64,000 nucleotides of DNA, taken from contig NC_135252.1 in NCBI RefSeq assembly GCF_964204865.1, positions 18,476,001 to 18,540,000 on the forward strand. The letters are read 5' to 3'. This DNA comes from Styela clava. Its lineage: Eukaryota. The notes beneath the pieces were generated by a model. It did no database searches. It was not told the origin of the DNA and worked only from the letters and a program-made list of their open reading frames with translations. Position 1 is the stretch's first letter; each line of letters opens with the position of its first letter. Shown one piece after another: positions 25,541 through 39,129 of the stretch. Made by a program: the position numbers and the translations under genes.

Positions 25541-27312
25541 TTTTTTTTTTTTTTTTTTTACGAATCAGAACGACAAGTCTGGAATCCAGCCCAAATGCTT
25601 TCATACCCAGACTATGCCGACGGAAGTTTATGGATCAATTCTCTTTGTAATAGAGATCACCATTTTGTATACCACGTAGAGTGGTGGGCTTCCTGTCATC
25701 ACATCTGCTATATGTGAGATGGTATTTACTGAGTTGAGGTTTTACGCCGGCAACTGGGCGTTTTATATACAAGAGGTTTGAGAAGCCGAATTGAATTATG
25801 GCATGTCCAAAGAACCGAAATGAGAGACATCAGAGGAATTTGATTACCTGGGGCCGAAACATGGTAGTTACCTTTCTTTTTACCGTATTTTTTTTTTGAC
25901 GATTGATTCGGATGTTGAGGATTCTGTGGAAGTTGTTGTGTCCTTTCTGGTTCTTTTCCTCTGTAAGATCCACAATTGGCGGCGATAGATTCGACTCAAG
26001 GTCCGCTGGTGCAGATGTCGTTGCTTCCGGTGTTGTTTCGAAGACCGACGAAGACGTGGTGTCGCAAGACTCAAAGTTATCAATCCTTACTTTGATGTAA
26101 GGAAGGGGATGGAATGGCGTGTTTCCAATAGTTGACGACTCCTTAAATCTGTAGATTTGCCTGGGGGGTCTTGACAGTTGTGGAGATGGAGTTTTGAGTG
26201 GACTCACTACAGTCCTAACGTCCTCACATTCAGACCAGTTTTTAATTTCTCTTAAGCAGTTTAACTCCGAGTCGGAGGTAGAAAAATCACCTACCTTGTC
26301 GGTTGTTTCAGCAGGTTGTGCATCATTGTGGTTCTGCTCTGTTGTTCCAGCAGGTTGCACGTAATTCTGGCTCTGCTCTGTTATTTTTGCAGGTTCCACG
26401 TCATTCTGCTTCTGCTTTGTTGTTTCGGCAGGTTGCACGTTATTCTGACGTTGTTGTTGCGTATCTTTTCGCAGGGGTTTTCTTTTCTGCGGAGGCATGT
26501 TCCATCCTGTCACGGGGTTGGTGATGACTGGATCACGCTTCCGTTATTGACATTCTCTTAGTAAGTGACCCGGTGTTTTACAATACTTACAGACGGCTTC
26601 GTTCTTACATTCACTGTATATATGGCCGGTGGTGAGGCACTTCCCTCACGTCGGAGTGTATAACTCTCGTGGGAGGAAGGTCTTGCAGCTTTCACCATTG
26701 ATAACCACGTATTCCGGCAGACGGTCTTTTTAAAAACCGTCCATTAGGAATGACGTGTGCCCGTTGTAGACGTCGGTCCCCCGATACCAATTTTGGACTG
26801 CATTTCGTACCGTTCCACAGCCCAGCTTGTTGATCTTGATTACCGCCATGTTGTATGGAGTTTCCGCCGGAATTCTCCGTATGGAGATCCGGACAGGAGC
26901 TTCACTTGGTAGTGTCACAGTGATGTTACTCTTAGCCGTTTGTATCAGGCCACCTGTAGAAGAAAGAAAACTCTCTCTGCAGCTAGACTTCGGGCTGTCC
27001 GTTGGCGCAAAGGTGAGGATCCAGATCCCTCTGCGGCCCTCGAACAGCCCTTTCACCTGATCGCAGAACCTACTTGTTGTGGTGTTGTTCCGGAGGACGT
27101 CCATCATCTTCGGGAAATCCATGTCTTCGTCGGTCTTCAGGAAGAGCGTCCGAGGTCGAGATGGTGCAGCTGCGGAAACTTCTTCTGTGGCTGGAGTCGA
27201 GGATGCGGCGGCGGCGTAGCTCATCGTCTTCGTCTTTCGTTTTCTTCGTTCTTCTTCGCTATCGAGGGCCTAACCCAGTGAAGGGTTGCCTTAATCAAAT
27301 AGCGAATAATCT
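25541..27312 (-). mobile_element. ORF1-only non-LTR retroelement (HAL1-like, L1/Tx1-type gag-like ORF1)
   Basis: Poly(A) tail (T19 at 25541-25559) and TSD GGCTGAAG (25533-25540, 27313-27320), with empty sites at 4143-4150 and 47847-47853. One reading frame 27224-25830 (464 codons, three internal stops) with two CCHC knuckles [*]GKCLTTGHIYSEC and CKYCKTPGHLLREC. No endonuclease or RT. Confidence 0.85.
26300..26450 (-). repeat. 39-bp (13-aa) tandem repeat inside retroelement ORF1
   Basis: VQPAETTKQKQND / VEPAKITEQSQNY / VQPAGTTEQNHND / AQPAETT. Confidence 0.8.
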
Positions 27313-27639
27313 GGCTGAAGGCTCTCTTTTTTTTTTTTTTCATCTGTGTGGATGGACATCAGTGGCCGAACAAATTTTTGTGCTACCATTTATGGTGATC
27401 GATTACCATTTGGGATTGCTGCCTGCATGTAAATGGCCTGGCAATTGATGTAAATGAGTGACTTTCGAAGATTTCAAACATTTTTGTCATCATATATATA
27501 CGTTTGTTTCATATTCAAATATACCTATAATAATATGTCACGGATGCCGTCAGCCTTATAAGCGAGTTTCTTCCACTCACGCTTCAATCATCTCATTGGC
27601 ATACTCGATCCGTATAAAACCTTAGAGTACAAGGTTTGA

Positions 27640-27765
27640 GAGATATAGTGCATTGGGTCGAGGATAGGAAGATTGGGAAGCTAGGGCAATGGGTGGAGGA
27701 CAAGAATGTTGAGGGAAATCGGACAGTGGGTGTAGAATAGAAAGGTTGAAGTAGATAGGCAGAGC
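27640..27765. repeat. Contracted minisatellite upstream of B2
   Basis: Only ~3 degenerate units remain. The deletion junction aaggtttga|gagatatag at ~27639 is evident against the other copies. Confidence 0.75.
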
Positions 27766-28553
27766 CATTTTGTAACTTGCCCTCCTGTGTTAAAGGTTGC
27801 ACATCCCTAATTTAGCGTTTATATAAAAGACTAAAAATTTTGAAAGTCTGCATATAAACTCAACTAAGGGCAAGCCGCAGTAAACAGTCTGGCGGGCCGT
27901 GGGTTGGGCAACCAATATATAAAGCTACAGCTCCTATGACCTATACCGAGCCGTAGTTGTTGCCGAATATAGGAGATTGAAAACATCGTCCTGAAAACTT
28001 TGGTACCGGGATGCATGTATACGATCAATAACTTCTTACAAATTTGAAAATCTATTTATCCATAGTGAAACTAAAACACATTGCATATGAGACGTTGATA
28101 TAAACGTCAAAAATTATTTGTTATGAATTTCAATGATCGAGTTGAGTTGTCGGTGTTTTTCCACAGCAACAATAGAATAATAGTTTAAAAATCTTTGGCG
28201 CCCAAATATTATACTGAGCTCAACAATGCCATGAATCTCCCAAAAATATAGAAAACTACTTCAATGTAAAATGGAAGTAAATTAAATAGTTGCCAAATTT
28301 ATTTGGATTATCGGGAAATAATTTCTAAAAAATACAACATGTACCTAAATAAATACATCGACAGTTTGAAAGTTGTATTACCAAAAGATAAAGAGGAAAT
28401 GTTATGACGTGAAATGATGACGCATGATGGGTTATGCGGTTCAAATATTAGTTAACATTATCATTTTCGGTTTGACGAGTTAGTATGGTTTGATTTTTTC
28501 TATCTGTAAATCAGCAACAAAACTTCAAGCTTATAATTCAAAAAAGAAGAAAC

Positions 28554-30400
28554 ATGATATATCAATATTTGTTCGTGATACTTATTGCGTGTTCAAGTCA
28601 CGGTGGGATGGTTTTAAAATATTTGACCTACTTGATGTAAATTAAATACTAAAATTTAATAAAAGTATGTATTTGTTTATCTGTCATAAAACAACTCAAT
28701 TGTTTACACACAAAAGCTTTCACGTTATTACCCGAATTGAGTAATTTAAAAGGCCGGTTAGAACATTTGTTGTCTAGATAACGTAAATTAAACTACGGTT
28801 TAGTCCAAATTGACAAACTTCATAATGTTATTCCTGTAAACAGCAAAAATATCGACAAACTCAGAAGATCAGTATGATGGCATATCATACAATTTTGACT
28901 TTACGGTAAGTTGAATTACTTATGTTTTATTGTAGTTCTATGAGTACGATCACCGAAAAATGCGTTAATACTATTAACTTAGCATAGATGATTATCGCAC
29001 AGATTATATACACATTGAATAACAAATTTTCAGTAGCAATAAACACCGAAAAGTGTTATTTTTTGAATTTCTTACGTCGGTGTCAGCATTTAATATATAT
29101 ATAGGCTACATGTAGAATACGATCATTTGTGAAGTCGTAACACCTTGGGTGTTCGAGGAAATGTTGCATCTGTTGTTCATAATTTGGTAGTATATTAACC
29201 TTGCTTTATTTTAATCTAATTGATTGTTGAGCATATGTTTTGTTACTTCTCAAGTGACCCCTTTACAACACAGATAAAATAATTTACGTTTTACTCTGTT
29301 TGTTTCAGTTCTCAAGTGAACAAGGTAAGATGTGTTTTTTATACTTATATTGATTTGTTTAACGGCCCCAGAATCGGTTTTTATTTTGATTCAATTTGAA
29401 AGGATTTTTGAATAAGTATATATCTCAATCTCAATATGAGTAAACTAAAGCAGCTTAATTTATTCTACACCCGATTCAATTTTTTTTTAATTCAGATTTG
29501 CGAATGCAGTTGGAGGAAAAGCTTACATCAATTTTAATGAACATTTTTGATGGAGATCTTGTAATAAACACTCAAATATTTGAAAATGTCGAACGCTCCA
29601 ACCTAATTCCAACAACAACAGATAGAGATGGTACCACCGACAATAATGCTGTATATTCTAGTTCCCCGTCTCCTAATGATGTCATAACTAATCCGCTCTA
29701 TTCAGCGGCAAATGGAATACATGAGAAAGCTGCATTGAGTACAAGGATGGAAATTACGACAGGTTCAATCAATTTTTTTTTGACGCTTATAAGCATACGT
29801 GTAGATCAGGCAATATCAAATACTCAAATTACATTAATATATATACACAGTGTAGAAGAGAAACAATTATAATTTTGCAACTCTGAAATTTGCGAATATG
29901 AAAATTTGTTAAATATATCAAGAGTCTAACAAATTTCTATGCTATACCAAATTTTAATTGTTAATTCAATATAGGTAAATCTAAGCAATTGATAAAGTAT
30001 TTGAACTATAATGTCTGTAATATAATAAGAACACGTCATCTATCGATTCGATTAACAATCTATTTGATCCTATTTCAAGCACTAACGAAATATACTTGGG
30101 GATGGCCGCTTAGTACTGACCAATTGATAACAACCGACAAAGATGATTTTGGACATAGAGTGACCACTGACACGGATTCAACTCTTATTCAGTCTTCCAC
30201 ATTATCAACCTTCGTTGATAGGACTAGAGGAAGCTCACTTTCAGGTATCTGTAGGCTACCAGCAAAACATTTCTGCCTTCCTCTTGATCACTAAAATAAA
30301 TATCATGTTTATGTCAATACCAGAATTACCCGAGGATTGCACAAACATGCACAAGAAAAACGCAAAAATTAAAAACGATACCATTCCAAGCAAAAGTTGA
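28554..30400 (+). pseudogene. FReD gene type B copy 2, truncated in exon 6 (could encode ~211-aa stalk-only protein)
   Basis: Exons 1-5 are open (exon-1 donor weakened to gtggga). Exon 6 from 30324 runs into unrelated sequence and stops at 30398-30400, the same junction as B1. Confidence 0.8.
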
Positions 30401-32447
30401 ATTCCATAAATTTTTTTAAAAGTGTAGTGAAAGTAATTTTTTTTTTTTTTTTTTATATCAAAAGACATTGGAATTTTATTGGACTGCATTCTTTTCACCG
30501 AAAAAGTCAAAATTCCACCCAGGTTTTTGATGGTTTTTAAAAAATGGCCTAAAATGTAGAAATTTTGGTATAATTGACATATTTTGTGATGATTCGTGAC
30601 ACAAAGTGTTTGATTGTGCGATACAGTTATTTCATATGAAATAGACGCACTAGATTTAAATATTTTTTATTGGAGAGTTCTTTAATATGTATTAACGTCC
30701 TTTTTTTCTCTAAAACATTGTTATCATTAGCTTTATGTACCATATATGTGCAGAAAAGCATGTTGCATTACGCTACACTCTTTTAAATAAAAAATGCCCG
30801 ATTATATATATTGAGAAGATCAAAAGTTACAATTAGATTCGATACAATAAACCATTTTCGTCTTATCTTCTCAGCTATGTATCAACAACAATACAATAAT
30901 TTTTAGTTATTCATAATTTTGGGATTCATAATGGTACTTTTCTACCAGATACACAACCATGTTGAGGCTTATAGGAGTATCAATTGAGTAATTAAATAAT
31001 ATATAGAGTATTTTATCCAATTTTTGAGCTTGTTGGGTATTTCAATGAATGTCATTTTTCTGTGGCAATTCAATTAATGCTTTGCACCTACGTTGTTAAT
31101 GAATATATTTCACTCATTATTTTAATTTCGAATTGCCCTGAAATATAGTTAAGAGCAGGAATTTGTGAAAAATATGTATTTTGTAAGTTGCAATATTTAT
31201 GAAACATCTCAGTATAAATAAATGAGATGTTTTACAGATACAAAAATTTAATCTTATTGTTCTCTAACAAAATTTGGAAATGCTGGTGTTTACCTGTTGC
31301 TGTCAACATTTATACATTCATTCACACTGCTCTTCTATCTTCAATAGAATATGAAATGTACAATGAAGAAATAAACAGACTGAAACACGAAGGTGAGTTG
31401 CTGTTTTAATTTCTGAAATTTGTATATATGTTTTACTTGGCCGGTTAGAGATTGAGTTCATTACTTGATTCTGAATAAAAAAAAATACCATGTTTTCCAT
31501 TATACATACTTTTATAAATTATTTTATTTCAAAATTATTGCAAAATAATATATTTTTATCATATCATTGCTTATTTTATAATACAAGTTTCCAAAGCTGA
31601 TTGTATTTCGTATCGAGCATATCCCCATATTTGCATTCAAAATTCCAAATTACTTTAGGTTTGTTAAAATACCAATTTGTTGTGTTTTCTAGTTTCTTTT
31701 ACTATTTGATATTATAACATAGTTTTAACATCTATTTCAGTGACTGAAGCGAAAAAGTTAATAGAAAACTATAAGATTGATACTGATGCTTCAACAGAAA
31801 AACTCAATTTAGACAAAGATATCAAAAAATACTTAGAGAGAAGTAAGCAATCAAACTATTTACATTCCACACAAATGCCAATTAATAGTTCAGTGACACC
31901 AAACACGAAGCAAATTTTATTTTTAACTTTAACTTGGTCGTTCAAAAAATATAGGTATGTAAGAATGTAATGTAGAATGAAAGAAAATAGTTTTAGGAAT
32001 ACTTTATATCCACTTACCGTTACCGTTTCATGGACGTATTAAATGTGTCATTAATTATTCGATTATGCAGTACCTCTATCGTCCATAGTTAGCATTCGAC
32101 ATAGTCATAATTTTTATTGACAAAATTATTATTACAAAATTAATATTCAGGTCGTTATTTGCCGGATAGTTGTCGAGGGTTACACAAACTCAATTTATTT
32201 CTTGGAATGAAACCGGAGAAGTTTTTGGAATCTACCGTACACCGGTATCTGAAAAGATTTTACCGTGACTTGATGACAGATGACGGAGGATGGGTTGTGA
32301 GTTGAATCGATTTATTGTTATTCTGATTGAACCATTTTGTAATGTATTTTTCTATTATCTTACAAAATACTTAAAAACTTTCGATCCATGAAATAATTTT
32401 CTCGATCCTAGCTCCTTAACTGGAAATAATGACTTGTTTGTTTAAAG

Positions 32448-34112
32448 CAGGGGTGGCCAACCTTTCACATATCATGCGCCACGTTTTAAACATAATGTTT
32501 CAGATGCGCCGTAAATCTCATGTATTCCCACGCCTAATGTCCGCTTCTTGTGTCCACTCATTTAGAGAATTACGGAATCACTGAATTAAACACTGAATGA
32601 ATAAATTACAATGACAGCCGCATATATATAGTTAACTCAACGAAAATTCTCGTATCCACGCAAAAATTCGAGCAATTTACGATAAACAGATTACGATTGA
32701 TTACGAAACAGGGAACCATTGTGACGCCATGCTTCAAGTAAAAACTACAGCCTTCCTGAAAGTAGGAGAAAAACGCATTCTGTCTTAGTTATGAGCATTA
32801 CGCAATAAAGCTGTTTTTAACAACGAAGAGAAAAAGGTACGATTAAGAAGTAAAGTTAGGCGTAATATTGTGACAACAAGCCTTTAGTATCAATATCTAC
32901 TCTACTCTACTCTACCCTCGATTCTAATTGGCCTTTGCTAATCAGCTGTTTGGCCTAGCGTCGCGTGATTTCACTCCAGGCTTCTTCGAGATTAGTACCT
33001 GCGTCACAGCAAGCGATTTTACGCTTTGCTTTTGTTGACAACGGTCATTTGAAGTTTGGATGAAAAAGGCGGTATTTAGGGGTCATTTTCAGCATGTTGT
33101 GGGTTGATTTATATTAAATTTTTTAGACTTGGGCAATTCAATTGATTGTTCAATGGTTATTGGGAGATATTTGGGAAGTCTGGGCAATGGAAAATCCATG
33201 TCTCAAGCTGATAAATGACGATTTTCTATTTTTCCAGAAGTTCTGAACTTTTTACTTCAGTAGGAAAAAAATAGTAAATTTTACTAATTTTTGCTAAAAG
33301 TCTAGAATGAATGTCATAAAGTCCGTCCAAAAGCTAACGTCGATAATCGCCTGTTGTTTCTAATTCCAACAAGCCGTAAGTGGGCGACGTGGAGTAAGGA
33401 GAATAGATTTTAGGTACAATCAAAAGTCACCATGTAAATTGCAAAAAAACGGCTTGGGGTGGAGAAGCCAAGTGCTATTAACAATTTTGGCATGAAAAGG
33501 GTTAAAGATGCAATGCGCCACCTCTAATCATGCAATGCGCCACGTTTGGCGCATGCGCCATAGGTAGGCTTACCATATCTCTGAAGCCAAAAAACCGGGA
33601 CGGCGCGGATTGGACAAGTCAAACTTGGTTCGATTCTTGGGGTTAGTAATAGTTTAAACGCTTTCCTACCATTGTGGGTAGATTGCAGGCATCAAAATTA
33701 GCTGTAAATCTTATTACGAAATCCTCGGTTTGACAAATAAAAATAAACTCTCTTTCTATTGGTCTTCGCTTCAAATAATGGGAATTGTTCTCATTCTTAA
33801 ACTCATCAGAAAACTTGCACTTTGTTTCCGGCATTTTGATGATTCAACGACATTACAGTTGGGTGTTAAATTAACACATGGTTCATACTTCATGTCATGA
33901 AGTGAGACGCAAATCATTGGTAAATCGGCTGCCTCCATTAAAAATAATTTTTTTTGTAATATTATCGAATAGAAAAACTATTATGACTGTCATACTGCAA
34001 AACCGGGACATTTAAGTCTATCGCCGGGACGGCAGAAAAACATGCTAAAACTGGGACTGTCCCGGCTGAACCGGGACGTATGGTAAGCCTAGCCATAGGT
34101 TGGCCACCCCTG
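32448..34112. mobile_element. hAT element, copy 2
   Basis: Same TIRs and GTTTAAAG TSD as 9675-11339. Confidence 0.92.
33565..34091. mobile_element. Nested hAT MITE, copy 2
   Basis: TAGGCTTACCATA TIRs and GCCATAGG TSD. Confidence 0.9.
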
Positions 34113-37100
34113 GTTTAAAGTCTTGTTTCAATCGCTATCTTCCGATATCTTTATCCCAAGTATATATACCGATTGAAATATATTTGAAAGTGTAATGTTT
34201 TTACAAAGGTATTTCAACGTCGAATGGATGGCTCTGAAAACTTTTATCGTGAATGGTATTATTATAAAAAATGGATTTGGAAATACAACTGGAGAATTTT
34301 GGCTTGGTAAGTTTTTTTTTATTCGCTTAAATAGTAAACAAATTTTTATCCTGAACTAGTTCTTGAAAATGCTGTCAACTGAAAAATGTTAGATATATAT
34401 TTCATTCATTCCAATTTTACATATTCATTTTGTTTCCTGTCAGTGTTTGACGCAATATTCTTGATCATAGTATAAAACATGAAATTCATTCAAACCACAA
34501 ACTCGATGACGATATTTTACAAGCTGTTGAAAATGAAAATTCACTATTCGCAACTGTTAATCGTAACGACGAAAAACGATAAGGAGAATAGCGGGGGAAA
34601 CGATTCTGATAATCTTTATTTCTGGTCACTGTGGCAACTTTTCCATCTTATTAACCAAACGATATATTGAGGAAATCCATTCTGATAAACGTCCGTGGCA
34701 CACAAAAATTTACCAAATTGCACTTGTGTGGTGAAATTTTGTATAACGTACAACAGTACGCTAAATGCATTCGTATCAGACAAGGACGCGGGATCAACCC
34801 GTATAAAGGTTAATGATATACATCATCAAGGCAGGCTATTATAATAAATCTTGTATCTGAAATTAAGTTTTTAGGTCTTGAAAATATCTATCAGATATTG
34901 AAAGGTAAGACGTATGAACTCAGAGTAGACATGGAATACTGGGAAGGAAACAAAGCCTATGCAAAATATGGGTATGATATGAGCGTGTATGTAAAAGCTG
35001 GAATTGGGTTTAAATTATCATGTTTCTATATCTATTTCCAGAACATTCTCAATCGGTGATTCTTCAACAAATTATCGTTTAACGATTGGTCAATACAGTG
35101 GAAATGCTGGGGATTCACTTAGACATTCCCAACATCAAGGACAATCTTTCACAACTAGAGACGCAGATCATGACTCTACATCTGGCAACTGTGCTGTGAA
35201 TTTTGAGGGAGCGTTCAGGTACGGAGGTTGTCATGCGACTAATTTGAATGAACTGTATATCGCAGGAGGAAAAGCGGAATACGGAATATCTGTTGTCTGG
35301 TGGACCTGGAAAGGCCATATTCAGTTCAAGTGGTGTCGTTATGTTTGCTCCGAGCGGGTGTCTGATAAATATGCCATTAAAAGCAAAGCTTAAATGTTAT
35401 GGTTCGCTAAATAGCTCTAAACAATGCCAAATTGTAAGCATGTATTCCCCACAAAAAAGATAAAAAGCCAGTCGAGACTGCTACGAACATCATGCAACTT
35501 CACTACCGTGTTTTCCCAAAAATAAGACTGCCCCTTTTTTTTAATTTTCTTTCGAAAAATAACACTAGCTCTAATTTTCTGGCGATGACTTTTATTTTCA
35601 TTTATAAAAAAACAAAATTACAAAGTAGAGATTACGAGATTTTCAAATACACAAAATATGAAAACCGATATCCATTTACTTATACTTATATCCATTTACT
35701 TAATATAAATAAACGAAATTGCAACATAATTAAGTGGTGTACTTTTGTATATACGTGTAATTCGGATTGACTCGAAACCAGATGTTCAGGACGTGGCTCC
35801 AATTCATTGCATTGTATTCGCAATAACGCAATATCTATTTTTAACAAACGGCCATTTATTTTTAGCGATGTTGTGGGCTACAATATAATTGGTCAATAAC
35901 GTAGATTCACTTTCATTTGACGTTTTCTTTTGTTTGACTTTTTCATGAATTTAGGTATTTAACGTAGAATTAAATTTTGAAATTCACGCTCTTACTGACG
36001 GTATTTTAAAGAGTGCTTCGTCTCATAATAGCGCCCAATGATGCATTACGTCAGAACTGGAATATTTTGTTGGCAAGGAAGACAAATCGCTGAAGTTTAA
36101 ATCTTTTTAATAAATAAATAGGACGGTTGCCATATACCGTATCTAAAAAACGCCTGTTTTCGGTGACTAGTTGTCGTTTTGTGATATCTTTAAGCTTTCT
36201 TAACAACTTGGCACAAAATGATCAAATCAGAAAATGTTATTGCTGTGGGTCGCGTTATAATGCATTATTGTTTCTAACCTATATACTGTTATTTAAAAAG
36301 GTATCTTCAGATTATATCAAATGAACTGATTCCGAATCGTCAATTCGGTTCCGTTGCCACTTTCCTATGAAGATATCACAATCTGACGTCAGCCACGTAC
36401 GGCATTTTAATCAAACCCGCTCAGTAAAAATATGCAAAATGGAGAATTTCAAGCAAATTATCATAAGCTTCATCTTTTCATTATATAGTATTAAGATCAA
36501 TGTAGCCTTGGAAAATGTAAGAATACCACATGCGATGGAGGAGCTACGTCGAAAGACATCACACAGAAAGTTACACGACATAATAATTGCATTAATTAGT
36601 GGAGATAAGTTTTATTTAAAGCGAAAGTGTGAACACGCCTGACTATAAACTTTCAATTTGCAATAAATTATATCATATATCATATATAATTTAATGCTGT
36701 TATAGAAATAGTCATTGCCTTCAGATCTCAAAGTCTCTCTATAGAGCTCGTACTGTGATAATTCGTGAAAGCATGCTGATGCACAAATTGAGAATATTTG
36801 TTCATCGTGACTTATTAGTTATATCTACGTACTAATCGATTATGCTTCTAATACGTTTGCTGTTCTGAACAGTTTTCGATGTTAAAAGTTGCCCTGTTTT
36901 CAAACGCTCCTTCAAACACCTACCAACCACCATTATCAAAAATTGCGGCGAAATTAATTAAAGGAAATTATGCACAAACGTTTACCCGATGCCAGGGGAT
37001 ATTTCAAACATGCCAAGAGTTTGCTGATAAATGTCATTTAAACAAACTTTTTGTTTTAATAGAATGAAAATCTCCAAAAGAAAATCTTGGTAAAACAAAT

Positions 37101-39129
37101 CCGTTGTGTAGTAAATGGTCCAAAAAAATTGCACAAATGAGGTGGTCACAGCCGATCAAAATACGTGTTCGAACGTTTAAAATGAATGTCTGATATAATA
37201 TCTGCCAAATTAAGCCAAATCAAATTATTGCCAATCATATTTAAATCGCGCAACCTCTGAGTGCGAGTTGCGTGTGCCCCAATTTAATGATGCATTAAAG
37301 ATTAAACAATTGTAGTATTTTAATGCGCATATGCAAAAAAACTATGAGCGATCCTCAAAGTTATTAAAAGAGAATTAAGAGTTTCAGTAGGTAAGTATCA
37401 TAAAAGATTGGAAAGCACTGTCTTGAACTTTGTCATTTTATCCTGACTAACTGCGTCAGCCACCCAAAATTTGAAACCTAGTCCTGAATTCCGACGACAG
37501 CCTGCCTGCTGTCCCATCTGTCCGCTGCGATTTCTGGAAGTACTTATCCCTATGAATGATCGTGCATAATCAAATTTCTGTAACATATGCACGTTCCACT
37601 GCCTCACACTTTTCCAGTGAACCATTCCAACCTTGACCAGTTCTCCGTCCTCCGCTTTACACACCTACATTTCACAATTTAAATTATATTGATTGAGTTG
37701 TCGGAGACGTTTCAGCATACGCAAATTATGTTTAATGTTTTCTATCATTTGTATGATCTTATCGAGGAACTAAAATGATAGATTATCTGTATTTCCCTAA
37801 AATTGGATACTAATTCATAAAACATTGATGATTACATTGAGACCAAATTCAGGTGGGTGCTTTGTAAGCCACTTTTCGGTAGTTCGTCCCAATTAGAAGA
37901 TATCGAATTCACTTCATTTAGTACTCTGGTGATTATGCCATCAATAAATCATTTACGCTATCGAAGTAAAGTTAAATTTTTGATGAAATAAAAATACTTT
38001 CAAAAAAAAATTTAAATAAATATATGCGTCCATATTCAATAAAAAAATTGATAAAACTTTTATGGTGACTTCTTTTGTACATAATTTTATGCAGTTTTGA
38101 AACCATTTTATGTTTTATCTTTTTACGCCAAAACACTTTCAAATACAGTTATCGTTAAAAATCTACGAATCATAGTCTAGAGCAAACAATACAGTTTAAC
38201 ATTAGAATAAACATGAAAATAGCTTATAACAATTGAAGTGGAAACTGATACGCCGATGCAAATATAGAAATGTAGCTTAAAATATTCACTGAGGTTAGGA
38301 GGCATTTTGGGGTTTTCGATTTGATGTAAATATGAGGCAACGCGATAACTCGCCCGTATGCACATCTAGGCTAGTTTCCACATGAAGCTATCTAGTACAG
38401 TTACTGAAATAAATTTGACGTATACTTAGGGTCAAAAACCCACAAATCGTCCAGTCACATCATTTCGTTTTGCTTTATTTCCGTTTATTGACATTACATT
38501 ATATATATGAAGTAAAAGTTTTATAACGTATTCACATATATTTAATGCGATAGGTGAACCGTATTATTGCATATAAAGGATCATAACACGGCCCATCGCA
38601 ACATTCACTTTATTGGTGATTTTATGCCAAGTTGTAAACGAGGGAAAGGCGAAAGGCATGTTAAAGAAACAAGCTGATATTTTTGGGTCGCGTCGTTTAG
38701 ATATTGGCCCAAGGAGGTACAATGTGTTCACATTATATTGTTCTATATATTATGACTTGGACACTGGCATGCTTCGTACAAGTTAGTTTTATCTCTTATA
38801 GATAGATAAATCTTAAAGTCAAATATGGTCACAGCATCCCGTTTGACTCCTCTTGAAGAAATACACGAAAGATGTTGAGCACATAAAACACAACTGTCCA
38901 AACAAATCTACCCTAGTTTAACCAAACCAGACTCTTACCTGGATTTGAGATTTATATCAGTGACAGTAGTCAGGGTCGAAACTAAAAATATTTACCAGTT
39001 CTTATACTAATGTAACTGATCCATCCATTAAAAATAATTAATTGGGTGTGTACGATTTTTGATTAACTTATTAATGTATAATCTGGACATCCCAATATCA
39101 TTGGTATTTTAGCCTATTTCGTTGAAAAT

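Larger units (their letters stand above)
31280..35393 (+). pseudogene. FReD gene type C copy 2 (degraded)
   Basis: Near-identical to C1 (offset ~22770-22773), with the same frameshifts. Confidence 0.85.
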
